Counted from the stretch's first letter, positions 38,561 to 47,856 are shown. The stretch is 64,000 bases of DNA from an uncultured SAR86 cluster bacterium (GCA_902630885.1 CACOWI010000003.1:64939-128938); one strand, 5' to 3'. Program-made: numbers and translations. Notes: generated by a model not told the origin, from the sequence alone.

Positions 38561-41416
38561 ATGACTAAATTCTTAACACTTATTATTATTTCACTTATTT
38601 CATCTTCATTATCTTCAAATGTTTTAATGAGTCCAACCTCGTATTCAACTGATTTATATAATGAGATTATTCTTGAAGGTAATTATTCAAATGAAATAAG
38701 CAAACCAGAAACTTATTTAGGTTTTGAGGTTGGTGATTATGTTGCAACACCCTCTCAAATTTCTAATGCTATATTAGGTTGGTCAAAAGAATCCAATAGA
38801 TTAAAGGTCATAGAATATGCTAAATCTCATGAAGGCAGGTCTTTATATGCAGTCTTCATATCAAGTCCAGAAAATTTGAATAATCTTGATGAAATTAAAA
38901 AGAATATAAATCTTTTATCCGATGGAAATAATACTAATGCCAATCAAGCTCGTTTATTAATAAATAAATTACCAGCTATAGCATGGATGGCTTATTCAAT
39001 ACATGGCAATGAAACTTCAGGTGCAGATGCTGCAATTGCAAGTATCTATCATTTTATTGCAAGCAATGATGAAGAGACATTAACTATGCTTGATAATATG
39101 GTTATTATAATTGATCCAATGATGAATCCAGATGGACGAGCTCGATTTGCTAAATCATTAGAACAATATAGAGGTACCTCCCCTAATTATGATGATCAAT
39201 CACTTCTTCATACTGGTGATTGGCCATATGGAAGAACAAATCATTACTTTTTTGATCTTAATAGAGATTGGATCTATGTAACTCAGCCTGAAACTCGAGG
39301 TAGAGTTAAGTTAATAAATGAATGGAGACCACAAATACTTGTAGATGCTCATGAAATGGGTCCTCAAGATACATTCATGACAGGGCCACCTAGAGAGCCT
39401 ATAAATAAAAATATCGATAAAGATCTTATTAAATGGGGAAATGTATTTGCTCAAGATCAAGGAAATGCATTTGATGATAGAAATTGGCGTTTTTATACAG
39501 GTGAATGGCATGAGGACTTATATCCTGGATATTCATTTTATGTTCAATTTAGAGGCACTTTAGGCATATTATATGAACAATCAAGAATGGCAGAAGATGG
39601 AGTTAAACGTCCAGAAGGAACAATTCAATCATATAAGGAATCTGTTCATCATCAATATGTTAGTACGATGGTAAATCTAAAGACTCTTCTAAATAATTCA
39701 AAAGAAATGTATCAGGATTATTGGGAAGGAAGAAAATATAATGTTTCTAGAGATAGTAAATATGCAAATCAAACCTTCGTTATATTGCCCACTGAAAACA
39801 AAGGAAGATTAAATACATTAATTGAGAAATTACAATTCCAGGATGTAAATTTATATAAAAACGAAAAACCAATTTTAGTAAAAAATATACTTAAACAATC
39901 CGGAGATACTGAGGAGAATTACACAATTCCTACTGGAAGCTTAATAATTCCAAATCGACAAGCTGAGGCACCCATAATAGCTGCTATGATGGAATTTGAT
40001 GCAAAAATAGATGAATCTGTTCTCATAAAAGAGAGACAGGCAAATTTACGTGATGGTTCATCAATTATGTATGATACAACTGCGTTTAACTTATCAATGA
40101 TGTATGGGTTACCTGCAATTACAGTTCCTGAAAATATAAATTCAAATTTAATAAAATGGGAATCTGATCCAGTTACTTTTGAAATAAATAAAAATGCTTT
40201 AATGTGGTCCGTTAATGGTAACGACGATAGATCTGTTGCATTTGCAGCTCGCTTGATGGAACTTGGTATTAAAGTTAGAGTAATTAACAAAGAAACTTTT
40301 TTATCTGATCATACCCTATCCAGAGGTAGTGTTGTGGTCATTGCAATGGATAATCCATCAATAGATTCTCTTTATGAGAAAATAAAGAAGGTATCCTTAG
40401 ACTTAGATATTTCAGTCGTATCTATTGAATCAGGTTTTGGTCCTGAAGAATTGCCTGATTGGGGTGGAGAACACTTTAAACTATTAGATAGACCACAGAT
40501 TGCTATTTTAAGTCATGAAGGATTTAATTCATATGACGTTGGTGTAAGTTGGTGGTCAATTGATCATCATTTGGGTATTAGACATAGCCAAATCAATAAA
40601 TCAATCATGAATTATTCAGATTTAAGAAGATACAATACCATTGTTATTCCAAGTGGTAGATCTCTATCTAAAAATAATAAAGATGTTTTACTAAGTTGGA
40701 TTAAACAAGGTGGAACCTTAATCGCTCATAACAACAGTGTTAGATCATTAACGAATGAAAATGGGATTGGTAACGTAAAACAAATTCAGTATACATTTGA
40801 TAACTCAAAAGATTTTAATATTGATTTACAAAGAGAGATTTATTCTCTAAATAATGAAATTGAACTAGAAAAAACTTTAAGCAATAAAGTCTATACTGAT
40901 ATTTTATATCCTTGGGAAATAGTAAGTAATAATTTATCACAAGATGATCTTGAGAATCGTGATGAATGGCAATCTTTATTCATGCCTTCTGGGTCAATTG
41001 TTAGTGGAAGAACAGATCAAAAACATTGGTTAACGTTTGGATCAAGTGAAATTGTACCTCTTTTATATGGCAACTATCCTGTTTTAATGACTGGTGGTAA
41101 TTCTCAGGCAGCTGTAAGAATCGGTGAATTATTCGAGTCTGTAAATAGTAATGAAGTTATTGAAATAAATTGGTCTTCAATTCCAGCTGGTAATGATATA
41201 AATGTTCGAATGAGTGGATTGGTATGGCCAGAAGCTGCTCAGCGAATTGCAAATTCAGCATATTTAACACGCGAAAGAATTGGTGATGGTCAAATAATAT
41301 TATTTTCGGGTGAACCAAATTTTCGTGGTTCAGCATTAGGTACTAATAGATTATGGCTGAATGCGCTTATTTATGGTGCAGGATTGGGGACTAATAAAAA
41401 AGTAAATTTAGATTAA
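38561..41416 (+). CDS. Exported M14-family zinc carboxypeptidase-like protein, 951 aa
   Basis: Signal peptide. Zn site SIHGNETSG (HxxE), MNPDGRARF and VDAHEMG. About 550 aa of uncharacterised C-terminal extension. Confidence 0.8.
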   Translation: MTKFLTLIIISLISSSLSSNVLMSPTSYSTDLYNEIILEGNYSNEISKPETYLGFEVGDYVATPSQISNAILGWSKESNRLKVIEYAKSHEGRSLYAVFISSPENLNNLDEIKKNINLLSDGNNTNANQARLLINKLPAIAWMAYSIHGNETSGADAAIASIYHFIASNDEETLTMLDNMVIIIDPMMNPDGRARFAKSLEQYRGTSPNYDDQSLLHTGDWPYGRTNHYFFDLNRDWIYVTQPETRGRVKLINEWRPQILVDAHEMGPQDTFMTGPPREPINKNIDKDLIKWGNVFAQDQGNAFDDRNWRFYTGEWHEDLYPGYSFYVQFRGTLGILYEQSRMAEDGVKRPEGTIQSYKESVHHQYVSTMVNLKTLLNNSKEMYQDYWEGRKYNVSRDSKYANQTFVILPTENKGRLNTLIEKLQFQDVNLYKNEKPILVKNILKQSGDTEENYTIPTGSLIIPNRQAEAPIIAAMMEFDAKIDESVLIKERQANLRDGSSIMYDTTAFNLSMMYGLPAITVPENINSNLIKWESDPVTFEINKNALMWSVNGNDDRSVAFAARLMELGIKVRVINKETFLSDHTLSRGSVVVIAMDNPSIDSLYEKIKKVSLDLDISVVSIESGFGPEELPDWGGEHFKLLDRPQIAILSHEGFNSYDVGVSWWSIDHHLGIRHSQINKSIMNYSDLRRYNTIVIPSGRSLSKNNKDVLLSWIKQGGTLIAHNNSVRSLTNENGIGNVKQIQYTFDNSKDFNIDLQREIYSLNNEIELEKTLSNKVYTDILYPWEIVSNNLSQDDLENRDEWQSLFMPSGSIVSGRTDQKHWLTFGSSEIVPLLYGNYPVLMTGGNSQAAVRIGELFESVNSNEVIEINWSSIPAGNDINVRMSGLVWPEAAQRIANSAYLTRERIGDGQIILFSGEPNFRGSALGTNRLWLNALIYGAGLGTNKKVNLD

Positions 41417-42426
41417 GCGCCCTTTCCAATAGCAACTGGTCGTATAGGTGATGCAGAACTTCCCTCAGTCATTAAAGGTAAAATTATCACGCAGGATAAC
41501 TCTACATTATCTTTTGCAAGACCTTTAAGGTTAAAATTTTCAAGAGTATGAATGCCTGCTTGTGTTAAAAAATAGTGATGTGCCGGATTAGCAATTCCAT
41601 CAGGGTTTTGATTCCTTTCAGGCCCATATTCACCCTCTTCTGCAAATGTATCTACGCCCCAAGTATCTAATCCTACTCCAACAACTTTTTTATTTGCTAA
41701 AAATTTAACTAGATTGTATGAAACACCAGGTGCTTTCGAATAATATATACCAAGATCATCTGGATCTTTATAATTATCACTCCAACCAGTATTAATTAGG
41801 ACCACGTCACCAGGCAAAATACCTCTATCTTTAAGACCAGATTTTTGAATTGTTTCTTCAATATGCTCAACAGTTACGTACTCACCAGCTTTCATTGCCC
41901 TACCTTTAAATATATGTTTACGAACATCGAAAAAGACTGCGGTAGTTATTATAGGTGGAACGGTTTCAATACCTAATTTTTTGAGTGGTGAATCAGGGTT
42001 TGGTTTCACTTCTTTACCTTTATATTTCCCAAAATATTTTAAGGATGTTAAATCTGCTTCTCCAGAACCATCCCATATTTCATCTGTATATCCAAAATGA
42101 CCAAGTGCATCCATTTGAGTTCCTTGATTTCCATCATTAACATTTTCGTTCAGTACATCCATTGTGAAAACTTGTCTTGAACCTGCCCAAGGTATTTCTG
42201 GCAAGAATTTAGGTTTATATTCACCTGCAAATGGAGATAATGGCATTGTTGAAGTTCTTTTATAAGATAACTCATATACCTTTGATTTGGGGTCACTCAT
42301 TTCTTTAGAACATCTCAAATAAGTATCTGTTCCTAATAGATTGGTCATACCTCTTTGATCTTCATATGTATCAGCTGATACAAATGGAAATAATAGTAAT
42401 GAAAAGTAAAATAGTAATTTGTTCAT
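41413..42426 (-). CDS. Exported cyclase/formamidase-fold (PF04199-like) protein
   Basis: Signal peptide MNKLLFYFSLLLFPFVSA. Segment NQGTQMDALGHF resembles the HxGTHxDxPxH motif of kynurenine-formamidase/cyclase proteins but carries substitutions. Confidence 0.6.
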   Translation of the reverse strand: MNKLLFYFSLLLFPFVSADTYEDQRGMTNLLGTDTYLRCSKEMSDPKSKVYELSYKRTSTMPLSPFAGEYKPKFLPEIPWAGSRQVFTMDVLNENVNDGNQGTQMDALGHFGYTDEIWDGSGEADLTSLKYFGKYKGKEVKPNPDSPLKKLGIETVPPIITTAVFFDVRKHIFKGRAMKAGEYVTVEHIEETIQKSGLKDRGILPGDVVLINTGWSDNYKDPDDLGIYYSKAPGVSYNLVKFLANKKVVGVGLDTWGVDTFAEEGEYGPERNQNPDGIANPAHHYFLTQAGIHTLENFNLKGLAKDNVELSCVIILPLMTEGSSASPIRPVAIGKGA

Positions 42427-42445
42427 ATATTAATCATACAACATC

Positions 42446-42473
42446 AAAAGGCCTTAATAAAATAAGGCCTTTT
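42446..42473 (-). terminator. Hairpin terminator after the 42497..43189 gene
   Basis: aaaaggcctta / taaggcctttt, an 11-bp perfect stem with loop ataaaa. It is GC-rich relative to its surroundings, and A/T runs on both sides are part of the stem. Confidence 0.65.
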
Positions 42474-42496
42474 GGATTAATTACAAAATTAAATAA

Positions 42497-43189
42497 TTAT
42501 GATTTTGTATATATAATTTCACAAAACTCAGTTGTCTGAGTAACAACTGCAGTTACATACTTAGCAAATGCATCATCCCATGTTTTTCCATAAGACTCAC
42601 CAGCAAAATAACCATCTGCAACTTTGCCGCTTTCTGAAGCATTATTTGAGACTGCTCTAAGATGAAATGTTTCAGTACCTCCTCCCATTGGTTGAAATAC
42701 ACCTATTCTCATATCATGTCCGGCCTCATTAAGTTCTTTCTCTAATTTTGTCATTTTTTGTGCAAATGCTATTGGATCAGATAAATTTACTCTCCATAAT
42801 CTTTCATAACCTGGCTTAAGTTCAAATTCTTTTAATGGCTTCCATGTTGCAGAGTAAAGAACTTTTCTAAGTTTCTTAAATTCATCAGTTGCTTTAAATG
42901 GATCATATAACTCAGATGATTGAAATGCTTTTTCAATACTTGGATATGCATTCCAAACAAACATCTCTCCAGGATATTCATTTCCAGTTTTAGTAACACA
43001 AACTCCGGCAACATCTGAACCTATTTGTTCAAAAGCAGCTGTATTTTTTTTCATATAGTCAACATAAGCATCAACATTTTTTGCGCTAACATGAAGTGAA
43101 GTAAATGCTCCATCTGGAACATTAGCACTAATACTTAGTGTAAATATTGTTAAAAAAGAAAATCTAAAAAAATTTTTATTTATACTCAT
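42497..43189 (-). CDS. Hypothetical exported protein (230 aa)
   Basis: Signal peptide MSINKNFFRFSFLTIFTLSISA. Strong SD (AGGGAGA) upstream and a terminator downstream. I recognise no family. Confidence 0.7.
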   Translation of the reverse strand: MSINKNFFRFSFLTIFTLSISANVPDGAFTSLHVSAKNVDAYVDYMKKNTAAFEQIGSDVAGVCVTKTGNEYPGEMFVWNAYPSIEKAFQSSELYDPFKATDEFKKLRKVLYSATWKPLKEFELKPGYERLWRVNLSDPIAFAQKMTKLEKELNEAGHDMRIGVFQPMGGGTETFHLRAVSNNASESGKVADGYFAGESYGKTWDDAFAKYVTAVVTQTTEFCEIIYTKS

Positions 43190-43285
43190 ATATTTGTCTC
43201 CCTATTAGATTATTATGATATTAAAATATAACAAATTTAAATTATTATGTGTTACAAATATGCATAATAACAATATATATTAAAA

Positions 43286-44308
43286 ATGATTTATTCTGAT
43301 ATTTTAGAGACAATTGGTAATACGCCTTCAATAAAAACAAAAAATATTTCTATTAATAAAACCAATATCTATGTAAAGGCTGAATTTTTTAATCCTGCAA
43401 GTTCTGTAAAAGATAGATTAGCTATTAGCATAATTGAAAATGCTGAAAAAAATGGAACAATTGAAAAAGGTCAAACTGTTGTTGAGGCGACTAGTGGGAA
43501 TACAGGTATTGGTTTAGCAATGGTTTGTGCAGCCAAGAATTATCCATTGGTGGTAACAATGCCAGATAGTGCATCGATTGAGAGAAGAAAATTAATGAGA
43601 TTTCTTGGTGCAAGAGTTATTCTTACTCCTGCGTCTGAAGGTGGAACAGGTGCTTATGATATTGCTAAAAGATTAGTACATAAGAATAATTGGTTTTTTG
43701 CTAGGCAATTTGAAAACGAAGATAACGCAAATATTCACGAGGATACAACAGGAATTGAAATTTATAATGACTTCAAAGAGATTGGATTAGATTACTGGGT
43801 ATCAGGTTATGGTACTGGAGGAACCTTCACAGGCGTATCCAGAACCTTAAGAAAAAAATTTCCTAAAACTAAATTAATTCTTACTGAACCTGATGTAGCG
43901 CCATTAATAGGAAGTGAAAAAAAACAATATAGAAACAATGATGGTTCTGCATCTGAACCACATCCTGCTTGGAATCCACATCCTATTCAAGGATGGACAA
44001 CTGATTTCATTCCACTTGTTTTACAAGAATCTATTGATATGAAATATTATGATGAATTAATTCCAGTATCTGGTGATGATGGTTTATATTGGTCACATGA
44101 ACTAGCGAAGAAAGAAGGTATTATTACTGGAGTTTCAGGTGGATCAACTTTTGCAATTGCAGTAGAGATTGCAAAAAAAGCTAAAGAAGGATCGAATATT
44201 TTATGTATGTTACCTGATACAGCTGAAAGATATATGTCTAGTGTTTTATTCGATTCCATTCAGTCAGACATGAGTAAAGAAGAAAAAAAGTTACTTGATT
44301 CGGTTTAA
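43286..44308 (+). CDS. cysK: Cysteine synthase (O-acetylserine sulfhydrylase) family PLP enzyme
   Basis: PLP lysine motif NPASSVKDRLA and TSGNTGIGLAMV. 340 aa with an insertion before HPIQGW. CysK versus CysM cannot be decided by eye. Confidence 0.75.
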   Translation: MIYSDILETIGNTPSIKTKNISINKTNIYVKAEFFNPASSVKDRLAISIIENAEKNGTIEKGQTVVEATSGNTGIGLAMVCAAKNYPLVVTMPDSASIERRKLMRFLGARVILTPASEGGTGAYDIAKRLVHKNNWFFARQFENEDNANIHEDTTGIEIYNDFKEIGLDYWVSGYGTGGTFTGVSRTLRKKFPKTKLILTEPDVAPLIGSEKKQYRNNDGSASEPHPAWNPHPIQGWTTDFIPLVLQESIDMKYYDELIPVSGDDGLYWSHELAKKEGIITGVSGGSTFAIAVEIAKKAKEGSNILCMLPDTAERYMSSVLFDSIQSDMSKEEKKLLDSV

Positions 44309-44310
44309 AG

Positions 44311-45027
44311 TTATAACTTTTTTGCAGGAATTCCTGCTACGGTAGTGTCAGCTTCAACATCCTTTAAAACGAGACTTCCTGCAGCAACTTTTGCATTTTT
44401 ACCAATAGTAATATTCCCTAATACAGTGCTAGATGCAAAAATTGATACTCCAGACTTTATTTTTGGGTGTCTATCACCTATTTCAAAACCTTTTCCTCCA
44501 AGAGTAACACCTTGATATATAGAAACATTTTCGTCAATTTTTGAGGTTTCCCCTATTACTACTCCAGTAGCATGATCAATCATAACACCACCTTTAATTT
44601 CAGCTGCAGGATGAATATCTACACCAAAGATCTCAGAAGCCCTGTTTTGAAAAAAAAGTGCCATTGTATGTCTATCATCATTCCACAAACAATGAGAAGC
44701 TCTATAAGTAGCAAGCCCTTGAAAACCTTTGTAAAACAATATAGGTGTAGAAAAGTATTTACATGCAGGATCATGTTCTTTAAAAAAAAGAATATCATTA
44801 ACTAAATCCTCTTCTATATGATCGCATTTATTATAAACATCTAATATAAACTCTTTTATTTTGTTTGATGATAACGCGTCACTATTAAGTTTTGAAGCTA
44901 ATACTGATGCAACAGAATTAATTAGATTATCTTGCGATAAAATTAAATTGTTTAAGTATGGCTCAAGTGAAGGTTCAGCTTTAACCCGTAATTTAACCTC
45001 ACTCTTAATTTCATTCCAAATATTCAT
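44311..45027 (-). CDS. cysE: Serine O-acetyltransferase
   Basis: N-terminal SATase helical domain (HDPACKYFSTPILFYKGFQGLATYRASHCLW) and hexapeptide-repeat C-terminal domain (GVDIHPAAEIKGGVMIDHATGVVIGE). Confidence 0.85.
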   Translation of the reverse strand: MNIWNEIKSEVKLRVKAEPSLEPYLNNLILSQDNLINSVASVLASKLNSDALSSNKIKEFILDVYNKCDHIEEDLVNDILFFKEHDPACKYFSTPILFYKGFQGLATYRASHCLWNDDRHTMALFFQNRASEIFGVDIHPAAEIKGGVMIDHATGVVIGETSKIDENVSIYQGVTLGGKGFEIGDRHPKIKSGVSIFASSTVLGNITIGKNAKVAAGSLVLKDVEADTTVAGIPAKKL

Positions 45028-45052
45028 AAAAAATAGTTAAAAATTTATAAGT

Positions 45053-46456
45053 TTAATCTATATATAAACCAAAGCCCTCTTGGAGACCTACAATATCATT
45101 GTAAGTATGTTTATTCAGTGATAAATAATAATCCTGAGCTTCTTTTGGAAATAAAATATAATTCAATAAATCTGTCTCTTTGTTAGAAAAATCCTTAATG
45201 TTGTTTGAAACACAGAACTTTTTAAATTCTGATTTTTCATTTTCAATTGAAAATGTAATTTCTTGATCATCTTTTATATCTAACTTATCAATCTTATTAA
45301 GAAGTTTTTTATCGATAGTGCCTGGTATTTTTCCATATTTACCATTAACCAAATCAATAAATTCTTTATTTAAAGTTTTGTAACGTTCTCCATCAAGCAC
45401 ATTCATTAAAGCTTGTGCGCCAACAATTTGCGAAGAAGGAGTTACCAATGGAACGAAACCAACATCTTCTCTAATTCTTGGTATTTCATCTATTAAATCT
45501 TTTAATCTATGTTGTTTTTTTAAATCGACCAATTGTTTTTCTAGAATACTTAACATACCTCCTGGAACTTGATACAAAAGCATATTAATGTCAACACCTC
45601 TCATAGATCCCTCATATTGTTTATATTTTGGTCTTATAGACTGAAAATGCTCAGCGATCCGAGTAAGTAAACTCATATCAAAAGGATTTTCATCATCTTT
45701 ATAGATCATAGATATAAAGCTCTCAGTAGCAGTATGAGCATATAAATTACTAAATGATGAGATAGATGTATCTATATTATCTACTCCAGCTTCATAGGCT
45801 TTTAAATTTGTTGCATCTGCAAGTCCAGTAGTTGAATGAGTGTGAAGATATACTGGAATATTGAGATTTTTCTTAAGTTTTTTTATTAAGTCATAACCAA
45901 CATTTGGTCTTAAAAGACCCGCCATATCTTTTATAGCAAGAGACTTGGCACCAATATCTTCTATATTTTTAGATAAATTTAACCAATATTTTTCATTATG
46001 AACAGGACTAGTTGTATAGCATATCGTCCCCTGTGAATTCTCCCCTTCTCTATTAACATATTCGATAGATGATTTAATGTTATTTATGTCATTCAATGAG
46101 TCAAAAATTCTAAATATATTAATTCCTGATTTGGCTGCATTTTTAATAAATAATGATATTACAGTGTCATCATATTCTTTATAGCCAACAAGATTTTTGC
46201 CTCGCAGTAGCATCTGTAATTGTGTTTTTTTAAAATGTTTTTTAAAGACTTTAAGTCTATCCCAAGGATTTTCATTTAAAAATCTCAAACAACAATCGTA
46301 TGTTGCTCCGCCCCAAACCTCTAATGATGAATAGCCCACTTTATCTAATAAAGGTAATACAGGAATCATATCTTCTGTTTTCATTCTGGTAGCAATTAAA
46401 GATTGTTGTCCATCTCTCAGAACAACTTCTGTAATACTGGGTTTTTTTGATGCCAT
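45053..46456 (-). CDS. Oxaloacetate decarboxylase alpha / pyruvate carboxylase B-type carboxyltransferase domain protein, no biotinyl domain
   Basis: ITEVVLRDGQQSLIATRM, AIKDMAGLLRP (carbamyl-Lys motif), HTHSTTGLA and QVPGGMLS, colinear with OadA/PycB up to the association domain. The protein ends at 467 aa with no AMKM biotin motif. Confidence 0.8.
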   Translation of the reverse strand: MASKKPSITEVVLRDGQQSLIATRMKTEDMIPVLPLLDKVGYSSLEVWGGATYDCCLRFLNENPWDRLKVFKKHFKKTQLQMLLRGKNLVGYKEYDDTVISLFIKNAAKSGINIFRIFDSLNDINNIKSSIEYVNREGENSQGTICYTTSPVHNEKYWLNLSKNIEDIGAKSLAIKDMAGLLRPNVGYDLIKKLKKNLNIPVYLHTHSTTGLADATNLKAYEAGVDNIDTSISSFSNLYAHTATESFISMIYKDDENPFDMSLLTRIAEHFQSIRPKYKQYEGSMRGVDINMLLYQVPGGMLSILEKQLVDLKKQHRLKDLIDEIPRIREDVGFVPLVTPSSQIVGAQALMNVLDGERYKTLNKEFIDLVNGKYGKIPGTIDKKLLNKIDKLDIKDDQEITFSIENEKSEFKKFCVSNNIKDFSNKETDLLNYILFPKEAQDYYLSLNKHTYNDIVGLQEGFGLYID

Positions 46457-46504
46457 AAATTAATCTACGTGTGTTTAGTATGATTATTTTAATTTAAATT
46501 AGCT

Positions 46505-46534
46505 AAAATAAGAAACCCGCCATTAAGACGGGTT
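46505..46534 (-). terminator. Intrinsic terminator after the 46569..47300 gene
   Basis: Stem aacccg/cgggtt (46514-46519 / 46529-46534). On the minus strand it is followed by tcttatttt. Confidence 0.55.
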
Positions 46535-46568
46535 GATATTTAATGAAGTTTTGATATTAATAGATAAT

Positions 46569-47300
46569 TTAGCCTGTATAAAATTTAACTAATTGAACAA
46601 GCTCAACATTTATGTTTTCTCTTATATCTCCAACTTTTGAGACGAAATCAGCAAATTCATCAGATGAAGTTGCTTTTTTTATAGAATTATCTAATTCATC
46701 CATTGAATCAGCGCCAAGATAAACCATATGTGAAACATATCTATTGCCATAAGCAATTCTATTCATTCCAAATGATCCTTTATGGTTACTTAATTGAGAT
46801 GTCATAAAATTTTTCCATGAATCTACATAAAGCGATTCAGATCCAGGCTTTAAATTTAAGTTATATTTTGCAAAAACATTATTAGTTGTCCAAGCTCTAG
46901 CTGCAATCATATTTTCAGCTACCCAATTCCATGATCGGTCAGTGTCAGTATTATTTTGAAATGATTTGATCATAAAAGATGATTCTTTGCATGAATTAAA
47001 TATAGCCCTTCCTATCTCCATTTTTTCATAATTTTCATAAACTACTAGAATGAAGTGACTAGAACCTGAGCCTCTTAGTGACCATAAACTAACAGCTACA
47101 CCAGATTCATCTCTCCATTTTTTAGCGCAATTTGATTTATCAAATTTATCTAGAGCCATCATAAAATTTGTTGGATCGGTTACAGTTAAGTAATTAAATT
47201 CCAAGACTGTACCATCAGATTCCATTGGAACCATATGATCATCCGAATATAAATTAAATGAAGCTATTAAAACTATTGAAATAAAGTATTTTATAAACAT
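46569..47300 (-). CDS. Hypothetical exported protein (243 aa)
   Basis: Signal peptide MFIKYFISIVLIASFNLYS. Strong SD (AGGGAGGA). I recognise no family. Confidence 0.7.
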   Translation of the reverse strand: MFIKYFISIVLIASFNLYSDDHMVPMESDGTVLEFNYLTVTDPTNFMMALDKFDKSNCAKKWRDESGVAVSLWSLRGSGSSHFILVVYENYEKMEIGRAIFNSCKESSFMIKSFQNNTDTDRSWNWVAENMIAARAWTTNNVFAKYNLNLKPGSESLYVDSWKNFMTSQLSNHKGSFGMNRIAYGNRYVSHMVYLGADSMDELDNSIKKATSSDEFADFVSKVGDIRENINVELVQLVKFYTG

Positions 47301-47448
47301 TATTTATCCTCCCTATACACATATCATAGATATTTTTTAACTACGTCGCTAGAGATATATAAAAATATATATATATTTGTAAAACTATCTAACTAAAATC
47401 AAATAATTATATTATTATAATTATTCAATTATTAAGGGAGAAATAATT

Positions 47449-47829
47449 ATGGCTGAATATCAAATTTTAAACCTTATGCAAGTAGGATTTATTCAAAATG
47501 CAATGTATTTCGTCGGAATGGTCCTATTTACATGGTTAGGCTTTAGAATGGCTAACAACATTTATAATAATCCGGATGCAAATATGCTTGGAAAAGTTTT
47601 TACATCTGTATTTTGTATCTTTGTTGCCGCATTTATGTTTGGTGTAAATCAAATAGGTGGATCGATCTTAGAATCAGCAGTAAATCAACTCAATGAAGTT
47701 GGTGCGCCATCGGCTGAAAGAATGGCTGCATATCTTGATTTTCCATTGGTTGTAGGTTCACCACTTCAAACAGCATTTGTATTATTTATTCTTGCATTTC
47801 AGTTAGCGATAACTTGGTCTAAGAAATAA
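47449..47829 (+). CDS. Hypothetical small membrane protein (126 aa, 3-4 TM)
   Basis: Hydrophobic segments FVGMVLFTWLGF, VFTSVFCIFVAAFMFGV and AFVLFILAFQLAI. SD AAGGGAG upstream. Confidence 0.65.
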   Translation: MAEYQILNLMQVGFIQNAMYFVGMVLFTWLGFRMANNIYNNPDANMLGKVFTSVFCIFVAAFMFGVNQIGGSILESAVNQLNEVGAPSAERMAAYLDFPLVVGSPLQTAFVLFILAFQLAITWSKK

Positions 47830-47836
47830 TATAAAT

Positions 47837-47856
47837 TGGGGCCTGTAATGGCCCCA
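47837..47856 (+). terminator. GC-rich hairpin between the small membrane gene and the DUF1295 gene (attenuator or processing/stability element?)
   Basis: tggggcc-tgtaat-ggcccca, a 7-bp all-strong stem that is conspicuous in AT-rich DNA. There is no T-run afterwards, so terminator function is uncertain. Confidence 0.35.

Noticed and set aside
39311-40290. Antisense ORFs 39311..39511 and 39919..40290 within the M14 peptidase gene. Similar short ORFs include 5-6 kb (4876..5142, 6003..6257), 23345..23620, 30601..30834, 36271..36873, 55583..56574, 56926..57156, 57562..57843, 58528..61892 and 63037..63315.
   Set aside because: All are embedded in, or antisense to, long ORFs with clear homology or coherent domain structure. 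None has independent motifs or expression signals.
47365-47376. (TA)n microsatellite-like runs in AT-rich intergenic DNA (here, and around 38470-38490)
   Set aside because: They are only about 6 repeat units in promoter-like AT-rich spacers. That is too short and too isolated to call a repeat element or a phase-variation tract.
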